Origin: Methanobacterium sp.
Lineage (GTDB): Archaea > Methanobacteriota > Methanobacteria > Methanobacteriales > Methanobacteriaceae
Assembly (NCBI GenBank): GCA_003166335.1
Contig: PMWA01000118.1
Location: 1-12,738, forward strand
DNA length: 12,738 bases
Direction: 5' to 3'
The position numbers were made by a program, and so were the translations under genes. The notes beneath the pieces are model-generated. The model made no database searches. It saw nothing but the letters and a program-made list of their open reading frames with translations, and was not told the origin of the DNA. Positions 1 through 8,056 of the stretch are shown piece after piece (position 1 is the stretch's first letter; each line of letters starts with the position of its first letter).

Positions 1-853
1 CAAAATTAATATACTCCAAGGCGCTTCCATCAAGTTTATCTTCATATTGATCCTTTAACAACTGAGTAAAACTGGAAACCATCCTTAACGGTTCCTGCAA
101 GTCATGAGAAGCCACATAAGCAAACTGCTCAAGTTCCTGGTTAGAACGTTTTAACTCCTCCATAGTTCTTTCCAGCTTTTTTTCAGCTTTTCTTCGATCA
201 GAGATTTCATCAAAAGCACCAATAGCACCACGAACATTACCTTTTTCGTCAAATAAAGGCACGGCATGCCCATAAAAATTTAATACTTTGCCATCATGAC
301 GAATAATATCATATTCTGAGCCGTACACAGGTTTCCCTGTAGCTATAGCTTTTTGCATAGGAAAATCTTCAGGATTTAACTCACGATCATTAAAAAAAGC
401 AGTAAAATTAGGTTTCTCATTAGGCGATGCACTTAGCGAAATGTTAGACCCGGGGGAGATGTCTAACAATTTTTCCATGATCGGATTAGCATACATAGTC
501 TTACAATCCTTATCTTGGGTAATAACAACACTCATTGGCAATAAATTATTTAATGTAATGAGCTCCTCTACACGCTGACTTAAATCCATGTTCAATTTAA
601 TAATTTCATCTTCAGCCTTCTTGCGCTCGGTGATCAGGTAAACAAAATCTGCAGGTTCACCCTTATTATCTGTGATAATTTTATATGAAACAAATCCATT
701 TAAAGGATTATCAAAGAATTGCTTATAAACTTCATTATTTTTACTAAGCTCTTCATTTAACAATTGTAATTCCTTATTAGCTTTTTTTAAATCTTTATTT
801 ACAACATCTGATTCTTTATCAGCCTTTTTAACTGCTTCATTTGATTTAATCAC
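1..853 (-). CDS. PAS-domain sensor histidine kinase (Cph1/bacteriophytochrome-type HisKA), 3'-partial at the window edge
   Basis: Translated by hand, not in the ORF track. The frame is open from GTG at 853 (preceded by GGGGTGGGG; alternative in-frame ATG at 871) to position 1. It encodes an N-terminal coiled coil, a truncated PAS start, a full PAS/PAC (..[53 protein letters not shown]) and the H-box [34 protein letters not shown]. Confidence 0.92.
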   Translation of the reverse strand, partial: MIKSNEAVKKADKESDVVNKDLKKANKELQLLNEELSKNNEVYKQFFDNPLNGFVSYKIITDNKGEPADFVYLITERKKAEDEIIKLNMDLSQRVEELITLNNLLPMSVVITQDKDCKTMYANPIMEKLLDISPGSNISLSASPNEKPNFTAFFNDRELNPEDFPMQKAIATGKPVYGSEYDIIRHDGKVLNFYGHAVPLFDEKGNVRGAIGAFDEISDRRKAEKKLERTMEELKRSNQELEQFAYVASHDLQEPLRMVSSFTQLLKDQYEDKLDGSALEYINF

Positions 854-919
854 AGAAAAACCCCACCCCATAAAGCTAATCAGATTAAAATCATATCTAT
901 TATTATTTTATTATGTTAC

Positions 920-932
920 TTTATAAACTTTT
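920..932 (-). promoter_or_regulatory. Putative archaeal BRE/TATA box for the PAS kinase gene
   Basis: The minus strand reads AAAAG-TTTATAAA about 50-65 nt upstream of the start codon. The AT-rich background limits specificity. Confidence 0.35.
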
Positions 933-1098
933 ATAATAATTAATTAAAATAAAACAATAAAATTAACCAGATTTTAGATAGAATCCGTGTAGTAATAAAA
1001 ATTCTTATAAAAAATTTAAGCAATTTGAATATAATTTTTAAAATATAACTTCTAAACAATTTTAAATTACTTTTATACAAACGAATAATAAATCTTGA

Positions 1099-1950
1099 TT
1101 AATACAATCTAAAGACACATAAAGGTGATCCTTCCGCTATAGTCTCGTTTAAATCCAGTTTACCCTTGATATCTGTCCATTTTAAGCTATAATTCAGTAT
1201 TGCCTGACAATTAAAGCAGAATATATGATTCTTTTCTGATTCATCTTTCCAAGGGCAATTTAAAACCTCAATATAGTACCCTTCTTCATTAAAACCAATT
1301 TTACTCATAATACCGAAGCTGGAGAGCAAATCAGACATCCAAGCAAGATAAGCATCAAATATCACTTCAGGTTTATCAGATTCATAATTTAACCCTAATT
1401 TATTTATATGATCATCAAAACTTGGTGTATCATTCTCTATCCGCTTGGAAAAAATATTCAAAAGCATTTCCTCAATCTCTTCATCTGATTGATCAGCACA
1501 GTTTTTTAATGTTTGAACAAGGTCGTCAAAATCTGTTAAAACTCTGTTTTTAAGTTCAAATTGTTTTTTATTTTCTGAATTATGCTTATAAACCGCCATT
1601 TCAATGTTAGCATTCACTTCGCCTTCCCTGAAAGGTTTAACTAAGTATCCATAAGGTTCCGTTTCACGGGCACGCTTCAACACTCCATCATCTGAATATG
1701 CTGTCAAATATATGATAGGAATATTCAAACTTTCCCTTATTTGTTGAGCTGCTTCTATACCATCCATACTACCTTTTATAACTATATCCATTAGTATCAA
1801 ATCTGGTTTGGTTTCTTTGGCCTTACTAATTGCATCTTCACCGGTATCCACCCAACCTACAATATTATAACCCCAATTTTCCAGTTTACGTTTAATAAGC
1901 ATAGCCATAATGCTCTCGTCTTCAACCACTAATATTCTCTCACCAGACAT
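1099..1950 (-). CDS. Response regulator: REC domain plus C-terminal methanogen output domain 1 (MetOD1)-like domain
   Basis: REC motifs ILVVEDE, PDLILMD (phosphoacceptor), IIYLTA and YLVKPF. The C-terminus has NCPW..CFNC..ETIAEGSPLCVFRL, the Cys pattern typical of MetOD1/V4R-like output domains. Confidence 0.9.
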   Translation of the reverse strand: MSGERILVVEDESIMAMLIKRKLENWGYNIVGWVDTGEDAISKAKETKPDLILMDIVIKGSMDGIEAAQQIRESLNIPIIYLTAYSDDGVLKRARETEPYGYLVKPFREGEVNANIEMAVYKHNSENKKQFELKNRVLTDFDDLVQTLKNCADQSDEEIEEMLLNIFSKRIENDTPSFDDHINKLGLNYESDKPEVIFDAYLAWMSDLLSSFGIMSKIGFNEEGYYIEVLNCPWKDESEKNHIFCFNCQAILNYSLKWTDIKGKLDLNETIAEGSPLCVFRLY

Positions 1951-1951
1951 T

Positions 1952-2998
1952 TCAACTAATTCCTTTATACTCTAATTCCTTGAACGTAATTCTAAACTCG
2001 GTCCCGTCGTCATAATCAAGTTCTACATTACCATCTATTTGACGGGTTAAATTATTTACAAGTTCTAATCCTAAAGATTCGGTATTTTTAAAGTCAATAC
2101 CAGGTTTAAGTCCGATTCCATTATCTTTAATGATTAATGTGAATATATCATCAGTTTTACTGAATATTATAGTGATAATACCATTTTTATCTTCTGGAAA
2201 TGCATATTTCAAACTGTTTGTTAATAATTCATTAACTATTAAACCAAGAGGAATTGCAGTATTAATATCTAACATGATTTCTTCAACATCTATAACCAGC
2301 TTTATTCGATCAGGAGCAATATTATAAGAATCAAATATATCAATTGCCAGAGAATGGATGTATTCCCCAAAATCAATTTTTTTAAGGTTAGTTGATTGAT
2401 AAAGTTTTTCATGAATCAGGGCCATTGAATCAGCGCGTGTTTTACTATCCCTAAATACATTAAAATCTGCTTTATCCTTGATGTAATAAGATTGAAGCTC
2501 GAGAAGATTAGATATAATCATCAAATTATTTTTAACCCGATGATGAATTTCCTTAAGAAACATCTCTTTTTCTTCCAACGCTTCTTTAAGCTGATTTCTA
2601 CTATTTATAAGTTCTTCTAGTTCATCACGTTCTGTGATAGCTCTCTTAATTGCTGGTGCTAATTTTGTAAGATTATTTTTAAAAACATAGTCTTTAGCAC
2701 CATTCTTTAACATGTCAACTGCAAATTCATTCCCAATTTTGCCGCTGACAAAAATGAATGGAGTATGTGGAGATCTCTTCTTTGTGATCTCTAAGGCAGA
2801 AACACCATCAAAATGAGGTAGCGAATGATCCGCCAATATTAAATCTGGTTTAAAATCATTAAGTTCTCTGATGAAATCCTCTTCTGTTTCCACTCTCCTA
2901 GATAAAAATTTTAAACTTTCACGACGCATTTCATATTCCATCAATTCAGCATCATACTGAACATCTTCCAATATAAGAACTTTAAGTTCTCCCATCAC
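1952..2998 (-). CDS. Hybrid REC - HisKA_2 - HATPase_c histidine kinase
   Basis: N-terminal REC (LILED, DLILADH, FVSG, DYVFK), HisKA_2 H-box KEIHHRVKNNL, N-box NELLTNSLKYAF, G boxes DNGIG and SLGL. Start is GTG 2998 or ATG 2995. The stop lies 1 nt before the next start codon, suggesting translational coupling. Confidence 0.93.
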   Translation of the reverse strand: MMGELKVLILEDVQYDAELMEYEMRRESLKFLSRRVETEEDFIRELNDFKPDLILADHSLPHFDGVSALEITKKRSPHTPFIFVSGKIGNEFAVDMLKNGAKDYVFKNNLTKLAPAIKRAITERDELEELINSRNQLKEALEEKEMFLKEIHHRVKNNLMIISNLLELQSYYIKDKADFNVFRDSKTRADSMALIHEKLYQSTNLKKIDFGEYIHSLAIDIFDSYNIAPDRIKLVIDVEEIMLDINTAIPLGLIVNELLTNSLKYAFPEDKNGIITIIFSKTDDIFTLIIKDNGIGLKPGIDFKNTESLGLELVNNLTRQIDGNVELDYDDGTEFRITFKELEYKGIS

Positions 2999-3143
2999 TA
3001 CTCAACTTCTTTTTTTAATCCCACAAATCTCAAAAAAATTTTTCCTTGAATCTTTTCATATTGCTTTATAAAAAATTCATGTAATTAAGTAAGAGATCAA
3101 TAAACCAATAATAAATGATCTCTAGTTTATAATATCCCTAATT

Positions 3144-3169
3144 TAGTTGAAACTCTATTGATTCAACTA
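3144..3169. promoter_or_regulatory. Inverted repeat TAGTTGAA-N10-TTCAACTA, candidate operator upstream of the kinase operon
   Basis: Perfect 8-bp arms about 150 nt upstream of the 2998 start. Confidence 0.35.
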
Positions 3170-3458
3170 TAAAAATTCTCTTATTAATATTACTAAGAAT
3201 TAATTAACTAATTTTCAATCTTAAATTAAGATTATAAGAAAAATAGCAAATATGGTAAAAAATAGATAATTACATATAGCCCAATTAGTTTAAGATCGGG
3301 CTTTTAAATCAGTTTCAGAGCCAGTTAGAATAGAATGTTACTTCGACTCATTTTTTTTAAGAATAATTTATTCCCACATATAGAACCTTATAAAGACTAA
3401 ACATTATCTTAAAAAAAAATGTGGGTTTAGTAATTATCTTCTCATAAATATATTTTTT

Positions 3459-4250
3459 TTATGCCAGTATTAGTCCTAAGCCAAAAATAAGCATTATACT
3501 TAGAAGTAAAGGTCCATAGATTTTTTCAATAGTTTTAGGATTAATTTTTTTAAGTAGTACTGGTCCTATAAATGCACCTACAGCAGCTCCACCGCCAAGG
3601 AGAATTATCAAGGTCAGATCTAACCTTCCTAGCAGGTAAAAACTTCCTATACCTGCTACTGAGTTGAAGATAAGTACGAATACGGAGGTACCTACAACCA
3701 TTGCAGCGGGTAAGCCTAAACTATAGAGTCCTGCAATAACTGGTGGTGTTCCACTTATTCCGAAAACTCCTGCCATTAATCCGGATGCGACTCCAAAAAG
3801 AGAGGCTATAACTTTTTTAGGACCGGTAAGGGTTAATGTTTTTTCTTTATCATCATTTTTTTCTTTCAGTTTTTGACGTCTTTGTAATAAGCTTCTCAAC
3901 ATTGGAATTATCATTATCAACGTGAATATTCCAAGAATTTTTTGTAAAAGGTTAGGAGGAATAATATTGGCAATATTAGCTCCTATTAATGTACCTATTA
4001 ATCCTCCGATTCCTAAAATTAATCCTGTACGGATATTTACATTGCCTTGACGATAGTGACTGAAGGCGCCTACAGCCGTGGTGGGTAACACTGATGCTAG
4101 AGAGGTAGCTACAGCTACTTGTGGTGTGACACCGAAAATCAGTATCAAAACCGGTACATATAATCCACCACCACCACCACCTAAAGTAGACACTAATAGG
4201 CCTATAATAAATCCGAATAATGGAAGCAGAATTAAATTAATATCAAACAT
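3459..4250 (-). CDS. Sulfite exporter TauE/SafE family (DUF81) membrane protein
   Basis: About 8 hydrophobic segments in two repeated halves, with LGGGGGGLYVP and FGISGTPP motifs, AVATSL and VVGTS segments, and a charged central loop. Confidence 0.9.
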   Translation of the reverse strand: MFDINLILLPLFGFIIGLLVSTLGGGGGGLYVPVLILIFGVTPQVAVATSLASVLPTTAVGAFSHYRQGNVNIRTGLILGIGGLIGTLIGANIANIIPPNLLQKILGIFTLIMIIPMLRSLLQRRQKLKEKNDDKEKTLTLTGPKKVIASLFGVASGLMAGVFGISGTPPVIAGLYSLGLPAAMVVGTSVFVLIFNSVAGIGSFYLLGRLDLTLIILLGGGAAVGAFIGPVLLKKINPKTIEKIYGPLLLSIMLIFGLGLILA

Positions 4251-4289
4251 TTCAAATTAATCCTGAAATAGTTCTTTAATTTTTTTAAC

Positions 4290-4934
4290 TTAATCACTTA
4301 TCTTTTTAATAAAATCTTTCAAGTGACTATCTCTTTTAATTGGTTCACCATGAGCGGGACAAATCCACTCAAAATCGTACTCATCTATTTTAGTTATCGA
4401 TTCTTTTATAATCTGATTATTCCAATTAGTAAATGATGGCTGCATGATTATTTCCCCATTTTTGGTTCTAAATAAATCACCAACAAACATTATATCCTTA
4501 TAAAGCAAACATACATGCCCTAGTGTATGCCCCGGAGTATATATAACTTTAATATTGCCAATCATTCCATTTTCAGGATATGAATTAATATTTTTCGGTT
4601 TTTTAAGTTTAATAATGTAATTAATAATTCTTTTAATCATGTGACGATTTATTTCACCAAGGATATAAGGTATATCCTCTTTTGATGCCCAAATTTTAGC
4701 TCCACTAGCTTTCTCTAGTAAAGCTAGACTACCTACATGGTCCATATCATCATGTGTAATTAAAATATGTTTAATATCATGAGGTTTAATATCCATGGAT
4801 TTTAAATCATTTAAAATACCTTCTCCACTCTTAGGAAGTCCTGTATCAATTAATATTATTTCCTCACCCAAAATAAGATAAACATAATTTCTTTTCGTTG
4901 AATCCAATGCATAAACTTCATCACTTATTTTCAT
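4290..4934 (-). CDS. MBL-fold metallo-hydrolase
   Basis: Motifs LIDTG, THDDMDHVG (HxDxDH variant), TPGHTLGH, FVGD and CPAHG. ATG 4934 is preferred over GTG 4946 because AGGAGTG sits just upstream of it. Confidence 0.9.
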   Translation of the reverse strand: MKISDEVYALDSTKRNYVYLILGEEIILIDTGLPKSGEGILNDLKSMDIKPHDIKHILITHDDMDHVGSLALLEKASGAKIWASKEDIPYILGEINRHMIKRIINYIIKLKKPKNINSYPENGMIGNIKVIYTPGHTLGHVCLLYKDIMFVGDLFRTKNGEIIMQPSFTNWNNQIIKESITKIDEYDFEWICPAHGEPIKRDSHLKDFIKKISD

Positions 4935-5003
4935 TTTTTTATACACTCCTTTTTTTCATGTTTTTTATAACATTGAAATGAATTTTTTATTCTAATATTC
5001 GTA

Positions 5004-5459
5004 TCATCCCTTATTTGCGTCCATGATCTTTAAAACGATATTTTTAATTGTTTCTATGCTTTTTTTAAGTTCTTCAATCTCTTCAAAGTTTAATGAGGAT
5101 AATAATTGTTTCATATTTTCTTCAATTGGGTTTCGTGATGTTTTTATGAAACTATGTCCGTATGGTGTTAATTTAACCCTAAGTATTCTACGGTCTTTTT
5201 CATCAGGTATTCGCTTTATTAAACCATCATTAGCTAATTGATCAATTTTACCAGTCATTTGTGACTTTGCTAATCGTAATTTCTTCCCCAGTCCTGATAT
5301 TGATGGATTATCATAGCTTTCAATTAATATTAACCAAGAAAATGTTTTCATAAAGTCTCTATCACCTAAATGGATCAATTCATTATTGAAAAGTTTAATA
5401 TAAAGTATTGAATCTTCCATAATATCTTCTACAAGTTTATCCGCCTGTTTTTCCGTCAT
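5004..5459 (-). CDS. MarR family transcriptional regulator
   Basis: Winged HTH with the signature LANDGLIKRIPDEKDRRILRVKLTPYG; 151 aa; GAGGG upstream. Confidence 0.92.
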   Translation of the reverse strand: MTEKQADKLVEDIMEDSILYIKLFNNELIHLGDRDFMKTFSWLILIESYDNPSISGLGKKLRLAKSQMTGKIDQLANDGLIKRIPDEKDRRILRVKLTPYGHSFIKTSRNPIEENMKQLLSSLNFEEIEELKKSIETIKNIVLKIMDANKG

Positions 5460-5517
5460 AATGAATATCCCTCTTAAACAAAAATTTTTTAGTTATTTTT
5501 TGTATAGTCTATATTAA

Positions 5518-5572
5518 TAAATAGTTTAATTTAATATACTATTTAATTTTGTAAACTATTCTTATATTTAAA
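5518..5572 (-). promoter_or_regulatory. Putative marR promoter (TATA TTTAAATA at 5572-5565) with adjacent palindromic operator(s)
   Basis: TAAATAGT-N12-ACTATTTA (5518-5545) and AATAGTTTA-N23-TAAACTATT (5520-5560) lie directly downstream of the TATA-like box, where an autorepressor would be expected to bind. Confidence 0.5.
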
Positions 5573-5940
5573 ACTTTGGATCAAAAATTAAAAAAAGATA
5601 TAAAAAAAAAGATATAAAAAATATAACGTTCAGATCCTTTTTATGATATTGCGAGCTTTTTTTATAATTTTGTCGGTGTTATAGCCTATTTTACGATGAT
5701 ATATCACTAAAAAGTGCAGTAATTGAGATAATTTTAAGGACTGATCTTCTCATATAACTGTGTGATTTTTTCAAGGAAGCCTTTCTCTTTTTAATGTGGA
5801 TATATCATCAATTAAACCTCTTTTTGATCGAATATTCTTTCCGATGTGGATTTTATACAAAAATAAAGGCTTGCTTTAATCTGTGGTCATAAAATGGAGA
5901 TTCGTGCGGTTGATTGGGCCATTTTTTAATAATTAAATAT

Positions 5941-5983
5941 GTAAGCGAGCGGGCAGGCATGCAAGCGAGCGATCAGCGGGCAA
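5941..5983. repeat. Degenerate GC(A/G)N tetranucleotide repeat, GC-rich island
   Basis: gtaa gcga gcgg gcag gcat gcaa gcga gcga tca gcgg gcaa; 28 of 43 bases are G+C in a strongly AT-rich background. Confidence 0.7.
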
Positions 5984-6513
5984 AGAACAATCAAGCTTGA
6001 TTTAGTGCTTATAAATGTGGTGAAAATAGATGAATTGGGGTATATGATATGGGTTAGATTATAGAGTTTGATAATATTTGAATCAATTAAATAATTGTTT
6101 TTTTATCCCCATATGGGATAATAACTCCTCTTTATTGTCCTTTCATAAATCAATCTGAATCAATTATTTTGGCGATAGATGATTCATTTAACGTTAAATA
6201 AGATAGTTTTTTCGGAGATATTTGAGCAGTTGGCGGGCAAATAGAGGCCGTATAATCGCTTGCTTCCTTTCCAAAATAATATTAGAAATAATTTCTATTT
6301 TTGCTAATTAATCATGAAATCATTAATTCATAATAAGTTAGTGAATATGCTTTCTTTATAATTAATATTTCTAAAAATTAGAAACCTTAGATTCATTTTT
6401 TTTGAGATATGTTCCTACTTAACTGATAATAAAAGTTACATCAAAAAGCATTACTTCATCTACCCCAAATAGTTGAAAATTATGTGACTTTGGTGATTTT
6501 CAAAATTAATTAT

Positions 6514-6551
6514 ATTCTACTTCGTAATATATGTCTATAACGAAGTAGAAT
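6514..6551. other. Symmetric site with tyrosine-recombinase (dif/lox-like) geometry
   Basis: ATTCTACTTCGTAATA-TATGTC-TATAACGAAGTAGAAT: 16-bp arms with one mismatch around an asymmetric 6-bp spacer; the core is 11-6-11 = 28 bp. The inverted repeat is certain, the function is inferred. Confidence 0.6.
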
Positions 6552-6905
6552 TTTATAAAAATATTTTTTTGACACATGAAATATGAGAAGAATTTTTCTT
6601 TAAAAATGAAAGAAATTACCATTTATTGATCCAATGGGCTATATATAACGATGTTTTTATACCATATTAAAATTTTTACTATCATTTATATAAATAATGG
6701 TACCAAAAATTAGAACAATTAATTATTTCAAAATTAGAGAGATAATTTTTAATCAAAATAAAATTCTATTATTTAGCTTCTTTTTTTTTAAAAAACTTTT
6801 ATATTTTACAGAGTAAATCTTCCCCCAAAAAAATGAGAAAATAAATATTTTTTTTTTTAGGATAAAAATCTTCTGTTTTTTACCAATTAAAAAAATAAAA
6901 AAAGA

Positions 6906-7472
6906 TTAAATATTTCTTCCAATAGAGAATCCTTGACCTAAAAATTTGCCAATTCCATAATAACCCATACCTGCTGGATCATATAAAATAGGTTTTATTT
7001 TGTTAATATCCGGATTTCCATTCTCATCAGTGAACTCTTCATCTATTTTTACATCGAGAATTTCTCCAGTGAAATGAGTGTGTAATCCTAACTTCGTGGT
7101 ATCAACCAATTTACACTCCAGAATGAGAGGGAATTCCTTAATGTAAGGTGCATTAACAATTTCACTTTTAACTGGAGTTAATCCCGTAATAGAAAATTTA
7201 TCTTCATCCCTACCTGAAATCACTCCAAAATGATCCGCTTCTTTAACATACTTTTCAGATGGAATATTTATGGTGAATGCCTCTTGATTTATAAGGTTTC
7301 CCTGAGTATAAGTGGCTTCCCTCGTTGATATAGAAACACATGGTGGATCAGAACAAGAAATACCACCCCATGCTACAGCCATAGCATTCGCTTTTCCAGC
7401 CTTATCATACGTACCCACTATAAATACTGGTGTGGGATAAACAATAGTTTTTGCTCCAATAGATTTTTTCAT
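6906..7472 (-). CDS. Flavin reductase family protein (flavoredoxin-like, FMN split barrel)
   Basis: [63 protein letters not shown] 7472 follows a strong AAGGAGGT RBS, which the ORF-track start at 7493 overlaps. Confidence 0.92.
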   Translation of the reverse strand: MKKSIGAKTIVYPTPVFIVGTYDKAGKANAMAVAWGGISCSDPPCVSISTREATYTQGNLINQEAFTINIPSEKYVKEADHFGVISGRDEDKFSITGLTPVKSEIVNAPYIKEFPLILECKLVDTTKLGLHTHFTGEILDVKIDEEFTDENGNPDINKIKPILYDPAGMGYYGIGKFLGQGFSIGRNI

Positions 7473-7752
7473 AATTATACAAACCTCCTTCAATTACTTA
7501 AGCTATTTTTTTTTACCAACTTTATTTTCGTACAAAATTTAATTCAAGCTTTCACTACTATTTTACACGTGGATTTGCATCAGTTTTAGTCACTATAATA
7601 TTATGATGTTTAAACCAAAAATAAGTTTTTTTATTATGATAAAAATGATTTAATTTTTTTTTTGTCAAAGATTTAAAAAAAATGTTAAATTTAAATATCC
7701 ACATATTTAATGAAAGTAATGATAAATTCATGTATGTCACCTTATCTGGAAG

Positions 7753-7778
7753 ATACAAAGCTAATATACAAAGCTAAT
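7753..7778 (+). repeat. Perfect 13-bp tandem duplication (ATACAAAGCTAAT x2)
   Basis: Read directly at 7753-7765 and 7766-7778. Confidence 0.85.
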
Positions 7779-7917
7779 AACTATTATTTTTTTTATTTAA
7801 CTTCAAACTCCTATTAATATTATTTGATTTACACACTACTTATTAGTTGTTTAATTTTTTAGAACTTAATTTTTTTAGAGTTTTAATCATTTGAAGAAGA
7901 CAAAGTTTATTATAAAT

Positions 7918-7960
7918 TTAGTAGTTTATAATCCAACTACTAATTAGTAAACTTTATATA
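7918..7960 (+). promoter_or_regulatory. Putative pip promoter: inverted repeats immediately upstream of TATA box TTTATATA
   Basis: TTAGTAGTT-N8-AACTACTAA (7918-7943), an overlapping palindrome TACTAATTAGTA (7938-7949) and TTTATATA at 7953-7960. Confidence 0.5.
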
Positions 7961-8056
7961 TGTAATAGTTCCTATTATTCTAAAATAGTAATCATATAAA
8001 AATTATAAATTCTTTTAACTATGTTACAGGTTCAATTATTACAAGGTGAATTTAAA

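Noticed and set aside
2130..2327. 65-aa + strand ORF
   Set aside because: Antisense shadow inside the HisKA_2 kinase gene, with no recognisable motif.
4078..4260. 60-aa + strand ORF with poly-Pro, and the (CCA)5 run at 4165-4179
   Set aside because: Antisense to TauE; the run simply encodes the Gly-rich TauE motif.
5023..5241. 72-aa + strand ORF
   Set aside because: Antisense shadow of marR.
5591..5625. A-run/GATAT repeats (AAAAAAGATAT x2)
   Set aside because: Low-complexity A/T tracts; at most a minus-strand poly-T terminator.
5673..5700. Possible second, inverted, degenerate copy of the 6514-6551 site (minus strand TCATCGTAAAATAGGCTATAACACCGA)
   Set aside because: It needs a gap in the spacer and several arm mismatches, and it is not itself symmetric.
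6017..6064. VVKIDELGY peptide resembling the IstB Walker B or the AbrB N-terminus
   Set aside because: The frame is short and closed by stops, with no other supporting motif.
6469..6480. TAGTTGAAA as a mini-ORB origin box (also at 3144)
   Set aside because: Only isolated partial matches, no clustered array and no adjacent cdc6/orc1.
7558..7777. 66-aa minus-strand ORF and an overlapping 31-aa plus-strand ORF (7682-7777)
   Set aside because: No RBS, F/K/N-rich composition typical of AT-rich non-coding DNA, and no recognisable family.
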